Source: an uncultured bacterium | Lineage (GTDB): Bacteria; Chloroflexota; UBA5177; JANWHV01 | Assembly (NCBI GenBank): GCA_963827235.1 | Contig: CAWHAE010000016.1 | Coordinates: 1,056,001-1,120,000, forward strand | Length of the DNA stretch: 64,000 nt | Reading direction: 5' to 3' | Translations under genes and position numbers: made by a program | Shown: one piece after another, positions 20,775 to 30,179 of the stretch | Layout: every line of letters begins with the position of its first letter | How positions within the stretch are numbered: the first letter of the stretch is position 1 | Notes under the pieces: generated by a model | Told to the model about the DNA's origin: nothing | The model's database searches: none | Seen by the model: only the letters and a program-made list of their open reading frames with translations

Positions 20775-21734
20775 ATGAGAGACATGGCATGGGCACCTGC
20801 GCAGAGCCGTCGCGCGCGCGCGCTGCAAACGGCCATCCGCCGCACCCTGGCATACGCGGACGTATTCGACTACCCACTGACATCTACCGAGCTGCATCGC
20901 TACCTGCACGACGAGTGTGCGACGCCGCAGGAAGTGCGCTCGCTGCTTGACGCAGGTATACCCGGTGTGGAAGAGCACAGCGGCTTCCACGTGTTGGCCG
21001 GCAGGCTCTGGATCGTGGCGGAGCGGCGACGGCGTGATGCCTTCAGCCGACCACTGCTGGCGCATCTTGGCCTATACGCGAAGATTCTCCGCTACCTTCC
21101 CTTCGTGCGAATGGCCGGACTGACCGGATCGCTCGCCATGCAGAATACCGACGGTCGGGGCGATATCGACTTGCTCGTGATCGCCGTGCCGGGGCGCGTC
21201 TGGCTTGCCCGCGCAGCGGTCATCGGGCTGGTACGACTGGCACGAGTGACCGGAGATGTGCTCTGCCCGAACTATATCCTCGCCGAAAGTTCGTTGGCGC
21301 TGGATGACGCGTCAATCTATGGCGCTCACGAGCTGGCGCAGCTCGTACCATTCTTTGGACGCGAAGTCTACTCGCGGCTGTGGTCCAGCAATCCGCAGGT
21401 CGCCGTTCTCCTGCCCAATGCCCGATCCTGGCCTATGAAGGAGGAACGAGCGATCCCCCTGGCTAGTGCACTGCAGCGAGGCATCGAGCATCTGCTTGGA
21501 GGTGCGCTCGGAGACAGGCTGGAGAGCTGGGAGCGGCGGCGAAAGACGGATCGACTGCGAGGGCAGGAGCGCACATGCTCTACGGAGATCGTGCTGTCGG
21601 CCGACCAATGCAAGGGTCATTTCGACCGTCACCGCGCGCGCGTGCTCCAAGCATACGATGAGCGGCTCGTCCGCGTGGAAGATGCCCAGGAGCGAGCCCA
21701 GCGCTCACGGACAGCCGACTGGAGTTACGCATGA
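20775..21734 (+). CDS. Uncharacterised nucleotidyltransferase-fold protein
   Basis: 'LTGSLA...GDIDLLVI' (GS..DxD); N-terminal 'YADVFDYPLT'; 'CPNY', 'HELAQL'. Confidence 0.7.
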   Translation: MRDMAWAPAQSRRARALQTAIRRTLAYADVFDYPLTSTELHRYLHDECATPQEVRSLLDAGIPGVEEHSGFHVLAGRLWIVAERRRRDAFSRPLLAHLGLYAKILRYLPFVRMAGLTGSLAMQNTDGRGDIDLLVIAVPGRVWLARAAVIGLVRLARVTGDVLCPNYILAESSLALDDASIYGAHELAQLVPFFGREVYSRLWSSNPQVAVLLPNARSWPMKEERAIPLASALQRGIEHLLGGALGDRLESWERRRKTDRLRGQERTCSTEIVLSADQCKGHFDRHRARVLQAYDERLVRVEDAQERAQRSRTADWSYA

Positions 21735-22066
21735 CGATGACAAGGCCGGATATCGTGTTCACCAACGCGCATGACATCAGTGCCGATCACCACGAGCAGA
21801 TCGCCATCCGCCCCTGCCCTGCCGTTGACCGCCTCTATACCGCCGCCTATCCACGCCGGCACACCTACGAAGTAGCGTCTACTGACTCCGTGTTTGAGAC
21901 GAATGAGAAGGATGTCGCCGCGAGCATACAGCGCCTCGAACCGCGTTCGTTCCGGCTACTACACGCTGGCTGCGACCCTGGCGGAACGCGAGAAGCGCAA
22001 GCGGGCCTAACAGCTGTCCGGCCCTGGCTTCTCCCACACCGGTGCGGGACTGGGGCAGGCCGATGA
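21731..22066 (+). pseudogene. Relic N-terminus of a third B12 radical SAM gene
   Basis: 'DIVFTN..RPCPAVDRLYTAAYPRRHTYEVASTD' aligns without gaps to 'DVLLGQ..QPYPPLGSLYAASYLRSLGYEIAFFD' of 7613. ATGA overlaps at both ends; no CxxxCxxC. Confidence 0.65.
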
Positions 22067-22950
22067 CCATGCGCTTAGGCAATCCGAAACAGGCGCCGGC
22101 CACTCACGCGAACGCCGCAGACGGCGCGGCGCCCATGGTGTATGAGCGGGCGGCCGCCGCCTTTAGCGCAGTCTCCGGGATCTACGATCTGGAGACAGAG
22201 CCAAACCCCGTTGTGGCCTGGGTTCGCGCTCGGACCTTCGGGCGGCTGGCCGCCGTCTTTGGACCCGGCGATCGCGTACTCGAGCTCGGCTGCGGCACGG
22301 GCGTTGAAGCGCTGGCCTTGGCGCACTGCGGCGTCGCTGTCGTGGCGACAGATGTCGCGCCTGGTATGCTCGCGGTGACACAGGAAAAGGTCCAGCAAGC
22401 CCGGCTGACGGGCTCGGTGTACGTCAAGCAAATGGCTGCTGGAGAGATTCGCAGCTTGATCGCGGACTACGCACCGGGCAGCTTCGCAGGTGTCTACTCC
22501 AGTTTTGGCGCACTCAACTGCGAGCCCAACCTGCAGGCCGTCGCCGATGGATTGGCGAATCTTGTGCGTCCGGGCGGCCGCGTGATGATTTCGGCGATCA
22601 ATCGCTTTCATCCCTTCGAGTTCGCCTGGTATGGGCTGCACGGCGATCTGCGCCGTGCCACACGCCGCTGGGGTGGCTACAGCGAAGGCACCGTGTCACC
22701 CACATTGCCGGATCGAGTGCCGACCTACTACTACACCCCGAGAGGCTTTGCAGAGGCGTTTGCGCCGTCGTTTCGCACGGTCGACTGCCGCGCGTTGCTC
22801 TTATTACTGCCACCGCCGTATCTCGCGCACCTTCTGACGCGATACCCTCGCATGTTTGGCGCGGCGGCTCTCCTGGAGTCGCAATTGGCCGCTTGGCCTG
22901 TGCTGCGCGCGCTGGGCGATCACTTCTGGCTGGAGCTCGAGCGTGTGTGA
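22063..22950 (+). CDS. Class I SAM-dependent methyltransferase
   Basis: 'VLELGCGTG', 'SSFGALNC', 'VRPGG'. Confidence 0.9.
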   Translation: MTMRLGNPKQAPATHANAADGAAPMVYERAAAAFSAVSGIYDLETEPNPVVAWVRARTFGRLAAVFGPGDRVLELGCGTGVEALALAHCGVAVVATDVAPGMLAVTQEKVQQARLTGSVYVKQMAAGEIRSLIADYAPGSFAGVYSSFGALNCEPNLQAVADGLANLVRPGGRVMISAINRFHPFEFAWYGLHGDLRRATRRWGGYSEGTVSPTLPDRVPTYYYTPRGFAEAFAPSFRTVDCRALLLLLPPPYLAHLLTRYPRMFGAAALLESQLAAWPVLRALGDHFWLELERV

Positions 22951-23995
22951 ATCCGTGCGACAGGATTGGCCCGCTTATCGTTGCCCCTACTGCACGGAGG
23001 CACTCCGCCGGTTCGTGATCGGTGAAGGGCGCAGCGAGCACCGGCAGGACCCCTCGCTGCGCTGCCCCTCCTGCGGCCGATCCTATTCCCTCATTGACGG
23101 CATATGGCGGTTGATTCCGGCTGCGGAGCTGGCTCGCCTGCAGCCATTTATCGATCACTATCGGCGCGTCCGCAGGGCCGAGGACTGGGTGCCTGATCCC
23201 GCGCTCTTGCCACGTCTGCCATATGCGCCTGCCAGTTCGCATCATGTGACGATCTGGCGTCGGCGTGCTCGGTCTTTCGAACGCCTCCTGGCTGTACTGA
23301 CGCGCATCGGCACTGACGTGCCGATGCGCATTGTGGATCTTGGCGCCGGCAACTGCTGGCTCAGTGGACAGCTGGCCCGACGTGGCTACCGCGTCGAGGC
23401 GCTGGACGTGAACGTTGACGACGAGGACGGCCTCGCCGCGGCACGGCACCTTCTGGCGTCCGCGCTTGCGGTTCCGGCAACACCTTGCCCACGGGTCGCC
23501 GGCCACGGTCAGATGACATTCGGTGCGGAAGTGTGCGGCGTACCTTTCGGCCGGGTGCAGTCCTCCCTCGAGTGGTTGCCTTACTTGGATTGCCAGTTCG
23601 ATGCGGTGGTCGCGGCTGCGTCAGTACACTATGCGTTCGATCTCGATGCCGCCGTTGAAGAGGCCGCGCGGGTGCTTCGCCTGGGCGGCGCGCTGATCTT
23701 GCTCGACACGCCGCTCTATCGGCACGACTCGGCGGGACAGGCACTGGTCAGACGGCGCATCGCGGACCATCGCCGGCTATATGGCAGCGACGGCACGGGC
23801 GTGACCGGCCGGGCGTACCTGGACGTAGCTGCACTCCGCCGGGCCATGGCGCGCGCTGGGCTCACGTATCGCGAGGTTCCGGTACATGGCGCGGTGCGTG
23901 CACTGCTTGGCAAGTGGCGGCGTGCGGCACGGACCTTACGATGCCGAGAGGAGCGTGCCCAGATGCCGCTTGTGGTGGGAGTTCGACCATGCTGA
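22943..23995 (+). CDS. Class I SAM methyltransferase with N-terminal Zn-ribbon (Trm112-like)
   Basis: 'CPYC...CPSCGRSYSLIDGIW', 'VDLGAGNCW', 'ASVHY'. Start is GTG 22943 or 22955. Confidence 0.82.
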   Translation: MCESVRQDWPAYRCPYCTEALRRFVIGEGRSEHRQDPSLRCPSCGRSYSLIDGIWRLIPAAELARLQPFIDHYRRVRRAEDWVPDPALLPRLPYAPASSHHVTIWRRRARSFERLLAVLTRIGTDVPMRIVDLGAGNCWLSGQLARRGYRVEALDVNVDDEDGLAAARHLLASALAVPATPCPRVAGHGQMTFGAEVCGVPFGRVQSSLEWLPYLDCQFDAVVAAASVHYAFDLDAAVEEAARVLRLGGALILLDTPLYRHDSAGQALVRRRIADHRRLYGSDGTGVTGRAYLDVAALRRAMARAGLTYREVPVHGAVRALLGKWRRAARTLRCREERAQMPLVVGVRPC

Positions 23996-25452
23996 TCCTC
24001 TACAATCCGCGTGTCGCAGAATCGAAGGCCCGTATTCCCATGTCGATCGCTGCACTGGCAGCCGTGCTGGAGGGCGTGCGAGACTACATCATTGTCGACG
24101 GCAACCTCGATGCCGATCCGCTGAGTAGGATCGCAGCCGTACTGGATAGCATGCCGAGCCCACACGTCCTGCTTTGTACGGTCATGCCCGGCCCGCAATT
24201 GTCGCGTGCGGTGCCGCACACACGGGCCCTCAAACAGCGATATCCGAGTCTGACAACGGTGTGGGGCGGTTACTTCCCATCTATGCACCCCGACGTGACG
24301 CTGCACTCAGGCTATGTGGACTACGTCGTGCTGGGCCAGGGTGAACAGACGCTACTGCAGCTGTTGGAGGTGCTGGAACATGGCGGAGCACTGCGCGAGG
24401 TCGACGGCCTCTGTTATCTCGAACAGGGCACTGTGAAGCGCAACCGGGCGCGTGCTCTGACCGATCCCAATGAGCTGCCCTGGTTTCCCTACCACCGACT
24501 GCCGATGGATCGCTATCTCGGCCGCACATTCATGGGAAAGCGGACGGTTTGCCACCATTCCAGTGTCTCCTGTCCCTTTCCCTGCAGCTTCTGCGCCGTT
24601 ATCAAAGTGTATGGCCGCGGCTGGCTCGCCGAGACACCGGAACGGATGCACGGTACTCTCCAGCATCTCCAGCGGGGCTATGGGATCGACGCGGTGGAAT
24701 TCTACGACAACAACTTCTTCACGCACGAGTCGCGCACCGTGGAGTTTTCCGAGCGTATCCGCAGCATGGGTATCTCCTGGTGGGGCGAAGGCCGTGTAGA
24801 TACCCTGCTCAAGTACAGCGATCACTCCTGGTCGCTGATGCGGGACGCCGGATTGAAGTCCGTGTTCATGGGAGCCGAATCGGGATCCGCGGCCGCGCTT
24901 GCCGAGATGAAGAAGAATCCGCTCAGCACGCACGACACGCTGGAGATCGCCAGGCGCTGCGAAGCATACGGCGTCGTGCCGGAGTTCAGCTTCGTCCTGG
25001 GCAACCCGCGGGACCCGCGCCGCGACATCGAAGATAGCATCGCGTTCATCTGCGCAGTGAAGAAGATCAGCCCGCGGTCCGAGATCTCACTGTATCTGTA
25101 CACGCCTATGCCCGGTGGCGACATGTACGAGGAGGCCGTGTCCAGGGGATTTGCCTATCCGGAGACCCTGGAGGAATGGGTGAGCGATCGATGGCTGCGC
25201 TTCAGCTCGATGCGCGATCCGCAGACTCCATGGCTGACAACACGCGACATCGCGCGGGTGCACGACTTCGAAGCGGTGCTGAACGCCCACTTCCCCTCAC
25301 ATACTGATATCAGTCTGACGCGGCTTCAACGGCGCACGCTGCACGCGCTGAGCTGGCTGCGCTACCGGCTGCGCGTGTACGGTCATCCGCTCGAGTTGCG
25401 TAAGGCTCTGGCAAGTGTCCACTACCGTCACCCACAAGTGGAGGGCTTTTAG
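23989..25452 (+). CDS. Cobalamin-binding radical SAM protein
   Basis: 'MLILYNP', 'VWGGYFPS', 'GQGE', CxxxCxxC 'SCPFPCSFC', 'GAESGS'. Confidence 0.92.
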   Translation: MLILYNPRVAESKARIPMSIAALAAVLEGVRDYIIVDGNLDADPLSRIAAVLDSMPSPHVLLCTVMPGPQLSRAVPHTRALKQRYPSLTTVWGGYFPSMHPDVTLHSGYVDYVVLGQGEQTLLQLLEVLEHGGALREVDGLCYLEQGTVKRNRARALTDPNELPWFPYHRLPMDRYLGRTFMGKRTVCHHSSVSCPFPCSFCAVIKVYGRGWLAETPERMHGTLQHLQRGYGIDAVEFYDNNFFTHESRTVEFSERIRSMGISWWGEGRVDTLLKYSDHSWSLMRDAGLKSVFMGAESGSAAALAEMKKNPLSTHDTLEIARRCEAYGVVPEFSFVLGNPRDPRRDIEDSIAFICAVKKISPRSEISLYLYTPMPGGDMYEEAVSRGFAYPETLEEWVSDRWLRFSSMRDPQTPWLTTRDIARVHDFEAVLNAHFPSHTDISLTRLQRRTLHALSWLRYRLRVYGHPLELRKALASVHYRHPQVEGF

Positions 25453-25455
25453 GCC

Positions 25456-26280
25456 GTGTGGAACGAAGACTCGGATACCGGGTCGGACGCTATGGTCAGA
25501 CTGCCTCGCAATAATCGCGGCACAGTGCCCGAAGCCAGCTGCCTTCATGCCGTGACGCCAAGAGGTGTCTACCTGGACATGCGCCGCCCGGGCATCGCCG
25601 CTCGTGTGGCACGCCGCCTGTATGCCCTGCACTTCCGCGTCGCCCAGGCTCACCGCTACGACAGTATCGACCTGGCCACCGTTCATGGGCTGCGGCTGCT
25701 GGTGGTCCCGGGCGTCTTCCATCCGGAATTCTTTTTCGCCACCGAGTTCTTCCTGAGCTGTCTCGACGGCGTACCCGTGAAAGGCTTGCGGGCGCTCGAC
25801 ATGGGATGTGGCTCGGGCGCGCTGGCCGTGGCACTTGCCAAGCGCGGTGCAGACGTCGTAGCAGTCGACATCAACTCCGAGGCCGTTCGCTGCACCCGCG
25901 CAAACGTCTTGCTGCACGGACTCGAGGGGCGCGTGCACGTCGAGGAAGGCGATCTCTTCGCATCGCTTGCGGACCGGGAATTCGCATTCGATCTGATGGT
26001 ATTCAATCCGCCTTTCTACGCGCGCAGTCCCCGCAGCATGCCCGATCGGGCGTGGGCTGCCGGACCACGCTGCGACACTGTCGTGCGGTTCTGCCGCGAT
26101 GCGCCCGGCTATCTGGCAGCAGGCGGCGAACTTCTGCTGATGGGTTCCACAGAAGCTCCGTACACGCCCATGCTGCGGCGGATGCCTGGCTTTAGCGTAC
26201 GTCAACTTGCGCAGCGTGAGCTGGTCTCCGAGCGATTGATGCTCTTCGCTTTGCGCGCCGATAGGCAGCTACAACCTTGA
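25456..26280 (+). CDS. HemK-like (NPPF) methyltransferase
   Basis: 'PGVFHP', 'LDMGCGSG', 'GDLF', 'FNPPFY'. Start may be ATG 25579. Confidence 0.85.
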   Translation: MWNEDSDTGSDAMVRLPRNNRGTVPEASCLHAVTPRGVYLDMRRPGIAARVARRLYALHFRVAQAHRYDSIDLATVHGLRLLVVPGVFHPEFFFATEFFLSCLDGVPVKGLRALDMGCGSGALAVALAKRGADVVAVDINSEAVRCTRANVLLHGLEGRVHVEEGDLFASLADREFAFDLMVFNPPFYARSPRSMPDRAWAAGPRCDTVVRFCRDAPGYLAAGGELLLMGSTEAPYTPMLRRMPGFSVRQLAQRELVSERLMLFALRADRQLQP

Positions 26281-26469
26281 GCCGTCTGGTTGTGGATGGG
26301 GTTAGCCACCACGAAATGGTGATCGGCATTGGTTCGGCGGTGCTGTAGGCTGCATCGTAAACGGGAATCGCGTCCTCGCACCCGTACGGCCAAGGTACTG
26401 GCTCCGACCAGCTTGCCGCCGGATCTCGCTGCGACGCACCATGCCGACAGTTGCGCAGTCCTTGCGGTG

Positions 26470-26825
26470 ACCGCGCGGTATGGTATGTAGTGTGCGAGAT
26501 ACTCCCGCAGGACACGAAGCATATGGGTTCTACTCAGGATAAGCAACTGGTCGAGGCACTCGCGGCGCACAATGTCGAGCATCCTTTCACAGCAGGCATT
26601 TTCCGTTCGGGCGCGGTAGACCGTACGCATCTCGTGCATGCCGGTGGCCGCGGCAAGGGCAGAGAAGGCCGGCCTAGACGTGCTGTCGGCGTCGTGAATG
26701 AGTTGCTTGGGGTGCCGATCAAACGCCCTTCCCTCGTGCAGCTGTTGGGTGACCAGGCATCGGTCGGGTGGTGAGTGAAGCCGGCATGCACGATCGTGCG
26801 CGTGCCCAGTTCCATGGAAAGACAT
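26470..26825 (-). mobile_element. Degenerate rve integrase/transposase relic (IS3/IS481-like)
   Basis: 'ELGTRTIVHAGFTHHPTDAW' frameshifts into 'VTQQL...LIHDADS...NACCERMLDIVRRECLDQLLIL...LRVLREY'. Confidence 0.75.
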
Positions 26826-27059
26826 GGACGGAGGGAAGCAGACGCTCGCGCGTGCTAAGAAACGTGCTAAGGCAAACCCGCTATTGTGCCAAGGAACTCA
26901 CCTACAACTTGGCCGCCCTGGCCGTGTAAAGACCAGCTGGTGCGTGAAGATCTGCATCTTCAGCACGCTGCGCGTGCACTTTCCGTGCCCACGGACGTAT
27001 CAGTATGTGGATGCACGCGTAGACGAAGAATTGCGGGCGATGAAAGAGGATGGCGCACA

Positions 27060-27626
27060 GTGCAGGCGGCCCACAACGAATTTTCCTGCTGCCATATCGG
27101 CCCGTGGCGGTCTGCTCAGCGGCTGAACGCCAAAGACGATGTGGCGTTTGCGGCGGTCTACGAGCGGTATCTGCCCACCGTGTACCGCTATCTGCGCGGC
27201 CAGACCGGATCGCCCGAGACAGCGGAGGATCTGACCAGTCTGACGTTCATGCGGGCGCTGCACGCGTTTTCTCGGTACCAGTCCGCTCACCCGGCCCAAG
27301 CATGGCTGCTGCGCATCGCCCATAACGCCCTTATCGATCACCGCCGGGCATCATCCCGGGCCGCGCGCCTATTGGCGAGGCTAGCAGGGATGCGCATGGA
27401 GACCAGCGTGCAGCCGAGATCCACGGACGACATCGGCGGGTTCCTAGCACTGACCGCCGACCTGCCCAAGGCGCAACGTGACGCGCTGGCGCTGCGGTTT
27501 CTGGCCGATCTCGACGTAGACGAAGTGGCCGCAGTGCTGGGACGCAGTCGAAGCGGGACGCGCATGCTGCTGTTTTGCGCGTTGCGGACCTTGCGCGCCC
27601 GCGCAGAGCATGAGGGATGGCGATGA
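27060..27626 (+). CDS. ECF RNA polymerase sigma factor
   Basis: 'AFAAVYERYLPTVYRY', 'AEDLTS', 'WLLRIAHNALID', region 4 'EVAAVLGRS'. Start uncertain. Confidence 0.85.
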   Translation: MQAAHNEFSCCHIGPWRSAQRLNAKDDVAFAAVYERYLPTVYRYLRGQTGSPETAEDLTSLTFMRALHAFSRYQSAHPAQAWLLRIAHNALIDHRRASSRAARLLARLAGMRMETSVQPRSTDDIGGFLALTADLPKAQRDALALRFLADLDVDEVAAVLGRSRSGTRMLLFCALRTLRARAEHEGWR

Positions 27627-28606
27627 AGCAACACACTCGTGGCGAGGACGCCGAGATCGATCTGCTGATCGACGGGGCGGATCCCGCTGTGCTCAGCCCC
27701 GTGCTTCGGGGCGTGCGGCAGCGGCTCACCGATGCACGGCAGGGTGCACCGAGGGAGCCCTTCGTGGCGACGCTTCGCTCGTCGCTCGCGCACCCACGGC
27801 GCGCTGCCTACGCCAGAACCGCCAGCGCGTATCGACCCTCGCCAGGTCGTTGGCTGGCTGCGGCCCTTGCCGTCCTGCTCGTGGGTGGGCTCGGTCTTGC
27901 GACCGTCGGCAGGTTCGCAGACCTGCGGCAGCCACTCACACGCCAGCCGGGCCATCAGAGTGGAGGCGGGCCAATCCTTGCGGCCACACCCGGCCTGCCG
28001 GCAACACCACGCGCGGGTCCCACATCGTCCACGTGCTGGAGCGGCGGTACGTGCACCTCGGTGATCGGCGTGGCGTTCAACCTGCCGCCTGGCTGGGCTC
28101 CGGCGCACTCCACGCGCTATCCTCCGAACGTTCTGGCCCTGCAATCGGCTGCTGCGGGCAAACCGGGCCCCGTTCTGCACATGAGCATCACGCTGGAAGG
28201 CTCGTACTCCGGTTGCAGCGATGCACAGGCTGCCAAGGCCGTGGCGCGGGCGCGGGCGCACAGCGTGCGCGTACCGGTGAAGAGCACCGGGATGACCGTA
28301 GGTGGGGAGCCTGCTTTCATACTGCGGGGTCTGCCGGGCGAACCGGACTACGGGCTGACAATCGTCGTATCGCACGTCGGATCTCTGTACGAGATCAACA
28401 CCTTCGACCACGCCCGCCAAGACCTGACGTCACAGCAACACTGGGTGGTGAAGAGCCTGCGATTCGTGCCAACGGACCTCTTTGGCCGCGCTCCCTTCCA
28501 TGATGGGAGCGATCCTATCGTCACAGGTGCTCTGGCAGCGTGTGCTGCCAAGCCGGCAGTGACCGCGCGACCGCGCACCATAGGCACGCCGACGGTACCG
28601 TCGTAG
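27617..28606 (+). CDS. Putative single-pass anti-sigma factor with extracellular domain
   Basis: Overlaps the sigma stop; short cytoplasmic N-terminus, one TM helix 'WLAAALAVLLVGGLGL', Cys-containing external domain. Confidence 0.65.
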   Translation: MAMKQHTRGEDAEIDLLIDGADPAVLSPVLRGVRQRLTDARQGAPREPFVATLRSSLAHPRRAAYARTASAYRPSPGRWLAAALAVLLVGGLGLATVGRFADLRQPLTRQPGHQSGGGPILAATPGLPATPRAGPTSSTCWSGGTCTSVIGVAFNLPPGWAPAHSTRYPPNVLALQSAAAGKPGPVLHMSITLEGSYSGCSDAQAAKAVARARAHSVRVPVKSTGMTVGGEPAFILRGLPGEPDYGLTIVVSHVGSLYEINTFDHARQDLTSQQHWVVKSLRFVPTDLFGRAPFHDGSDPIVTGALAACAAKPAVTARPRTIGTPTVPS

Positions 28607-28886
28607 TCAGCCGGACCGACCCGGACGCTGGATTGGTTAGCCGGGAAGGTGTCCCACTCGCGGCCGTGCTCATCCAGTCCCTGGGGGCCGCCATCGCATA
28701 CAACGTCAAGAAGCTCGCCCGCTGGCACCCTCGGCTGCCGCAGGAAACAGGTCTGGCCTGCCAGCGGCCAGCGCCCCTACTCGCCAACGACTCGTCATGG
28801 TTCGCATTGGATGGGTACTTACCGTCGTCGCGGGCATCGTGGCGCCCCTGCCATTCGTGCCAGAGTCTGACTTCGCCAACAGGCTG
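28607..28886 (+). mobile_element. Internally deleted IS1182-like transposase relic
   Basis: 'SRTDPDAGLVSR' joined directly to C-terminal-type 'VLIQSLGAAIAYNVKKLAR'; end-like sequence GACTTCGCCAACAGGCTG at 28869-28886. Confidence 0.55.
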
Positions 28887-29206
28887 CCTTGAAGCATTTA
28901 GACGATCATGCCGCCACACCTCCACAAAGAAGGGACATCGTTTGCCCGGAGAGTTCTCAGTTCCCGGCAACTCGCTAGCTTGCCTTTAGCAGGCGCCGAC
29001 AGTGACTCTAGGGACTTCTAACGGGGCTGGGGGAGGACACTGAAAACCGTTGACCAGAATCCGAAGTATTTCGTAGGCTGATTGTCAGCAGTGACGACTA
29101 GCTTCTGCCGGGCTCTCTGCGTAGCGAAACAGGAGACCAAGTATACTACGTGCAGACTTCCTGGTGTGCCTGGCCCGCTGGATAGTTTGCGAGGTGCTGA
29201 GCGCCG

Positions 29207-29947
29207 ATGAGCAGATCGTCGACCGTAGTAGCCCTGCAGCAGGAGGCGCTCTGGCATCGGGTAGTCTATGCTCTGCGCCGGGCCATCGTGATGGGAGAGC
29301 TTGAAGCAGGTGCCCACCTCAAAGAGCCGGCGCTGGCCCTGCGGTATGGGGTAAGCCGGCTGCCCATCCGGGAGGCCATCACTCAGTTGGAGCGGGAAGG
29401 ACTCGTGCGCGGTGAGCCGCGGCGCGGCGCCTACGTGGTCGGCATCACGGACCAGGTGATTAGCGATATCTACGCCTGCCGGCTGCTGCTGGAGTCGTAC
29501 GCTCTACGACAGTTGGCGGCGCGCATAGACGCGGCCGGGCTGGCAGCGCTGACGGAGCAGGTGGACCAGATGGAACAGGACATGGCGGCCGGCCGGGTGC
29601 AGGGGGTAGCGGCCAACGACATGGCCTTTCACCGGCGGACCGTTGAGCTGGCCGGAAATCGGGCGCTGGCGACGGCCTGGGAGCCCTTGACGCCGTTGAT
29701 CGAGACGGCCCTGGGGATCGCCGAGGCGACGGTGCCAGACCTGCCGACCGCGGTGCACGGGCATCGGCTGATCCTGGGTGCCCTGGCAGAGCACGATGCG
29801 GAAGGCGCGGTGGCGATGCTAGCCGAGCACCTGCCGGGTGGCCAGAAGCTGGTACTCGACGCGATCCGGCACGCTCGCGAAGGGCGTGGCGGGCGCGACC
29901 GCGAACAAAGGGCGCCGCGTGCCGGCCGACGCCGCAGCGCGAATTGA
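29207..29947 (+). CDS. GntR family (FCD domain) transcriptional regulator
   Basis: GAGG RBS; HTH 'LALRYGVSRLPIREAITQLEREGLV'; FCD 'NDMAFH', 'HGHRLI', 'EHL'. Confidence 0.93.
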   Translation: MSRSSTVVALQQEALWHRVVYALRRAIVMGELEAGAHLKEPALALRYGVSRLPIREAITQLEREGLVRGEPRRGAYVVGITDQVISDIYACRLLLESYALRQLAARIDAAGLAALTEQVDQMEQDMAAGRVQGVAANDMAFHRRTVELAGNRALATAWEPLTPLIETALGIAEATVPDLPTAVHGHRLILGALAEHDAEGAVAMLAEHLPGGQKLVLDAIRHAREGRGGRDREQRAPRAGRRRSAN

Positions 29948-30179
29948 CGCCCTAGCTCCGCGCGGGCAGTGCTGCTCGTTCGGCTAGGTGGCCCGCGTCC
30001 TCTCTGCGGAGATGGCTTGGCGGCATGCGTCGGCGACGCAGTCCCCAGTAGCGCTGCAATAGCACCGCCGGGCGATCACACACCGGAAACCGGCGCTGCT
30101 GCCGGCGGTGGCGTCAAGCATGCCGCGGCGCCTGTCAGTTGCCCCGGCAGCTGGGTCTCGCCCCCTGTGCTGGTGCAGG

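Noticed and set aside
20775-21734. MNT-HEPN toxin-antitoxin or CBASS cyclase
   Set aside because: No HEPN or effector neighbour; the gene is coupled to biosynthetic genes.
7180-26280. RiPP cluster (radical SAMs plus methyltransferases)
   Set aside because: No credible precursor peptide, RRE/SPASM domain, peptidase or exporter; the context is glycosyltransferases.
26851-26871. Direct repeat CGTGCTAAG x2
   Set aside because: Only two 9-nt copies, next to an IS relic; not an array and no assignable function.
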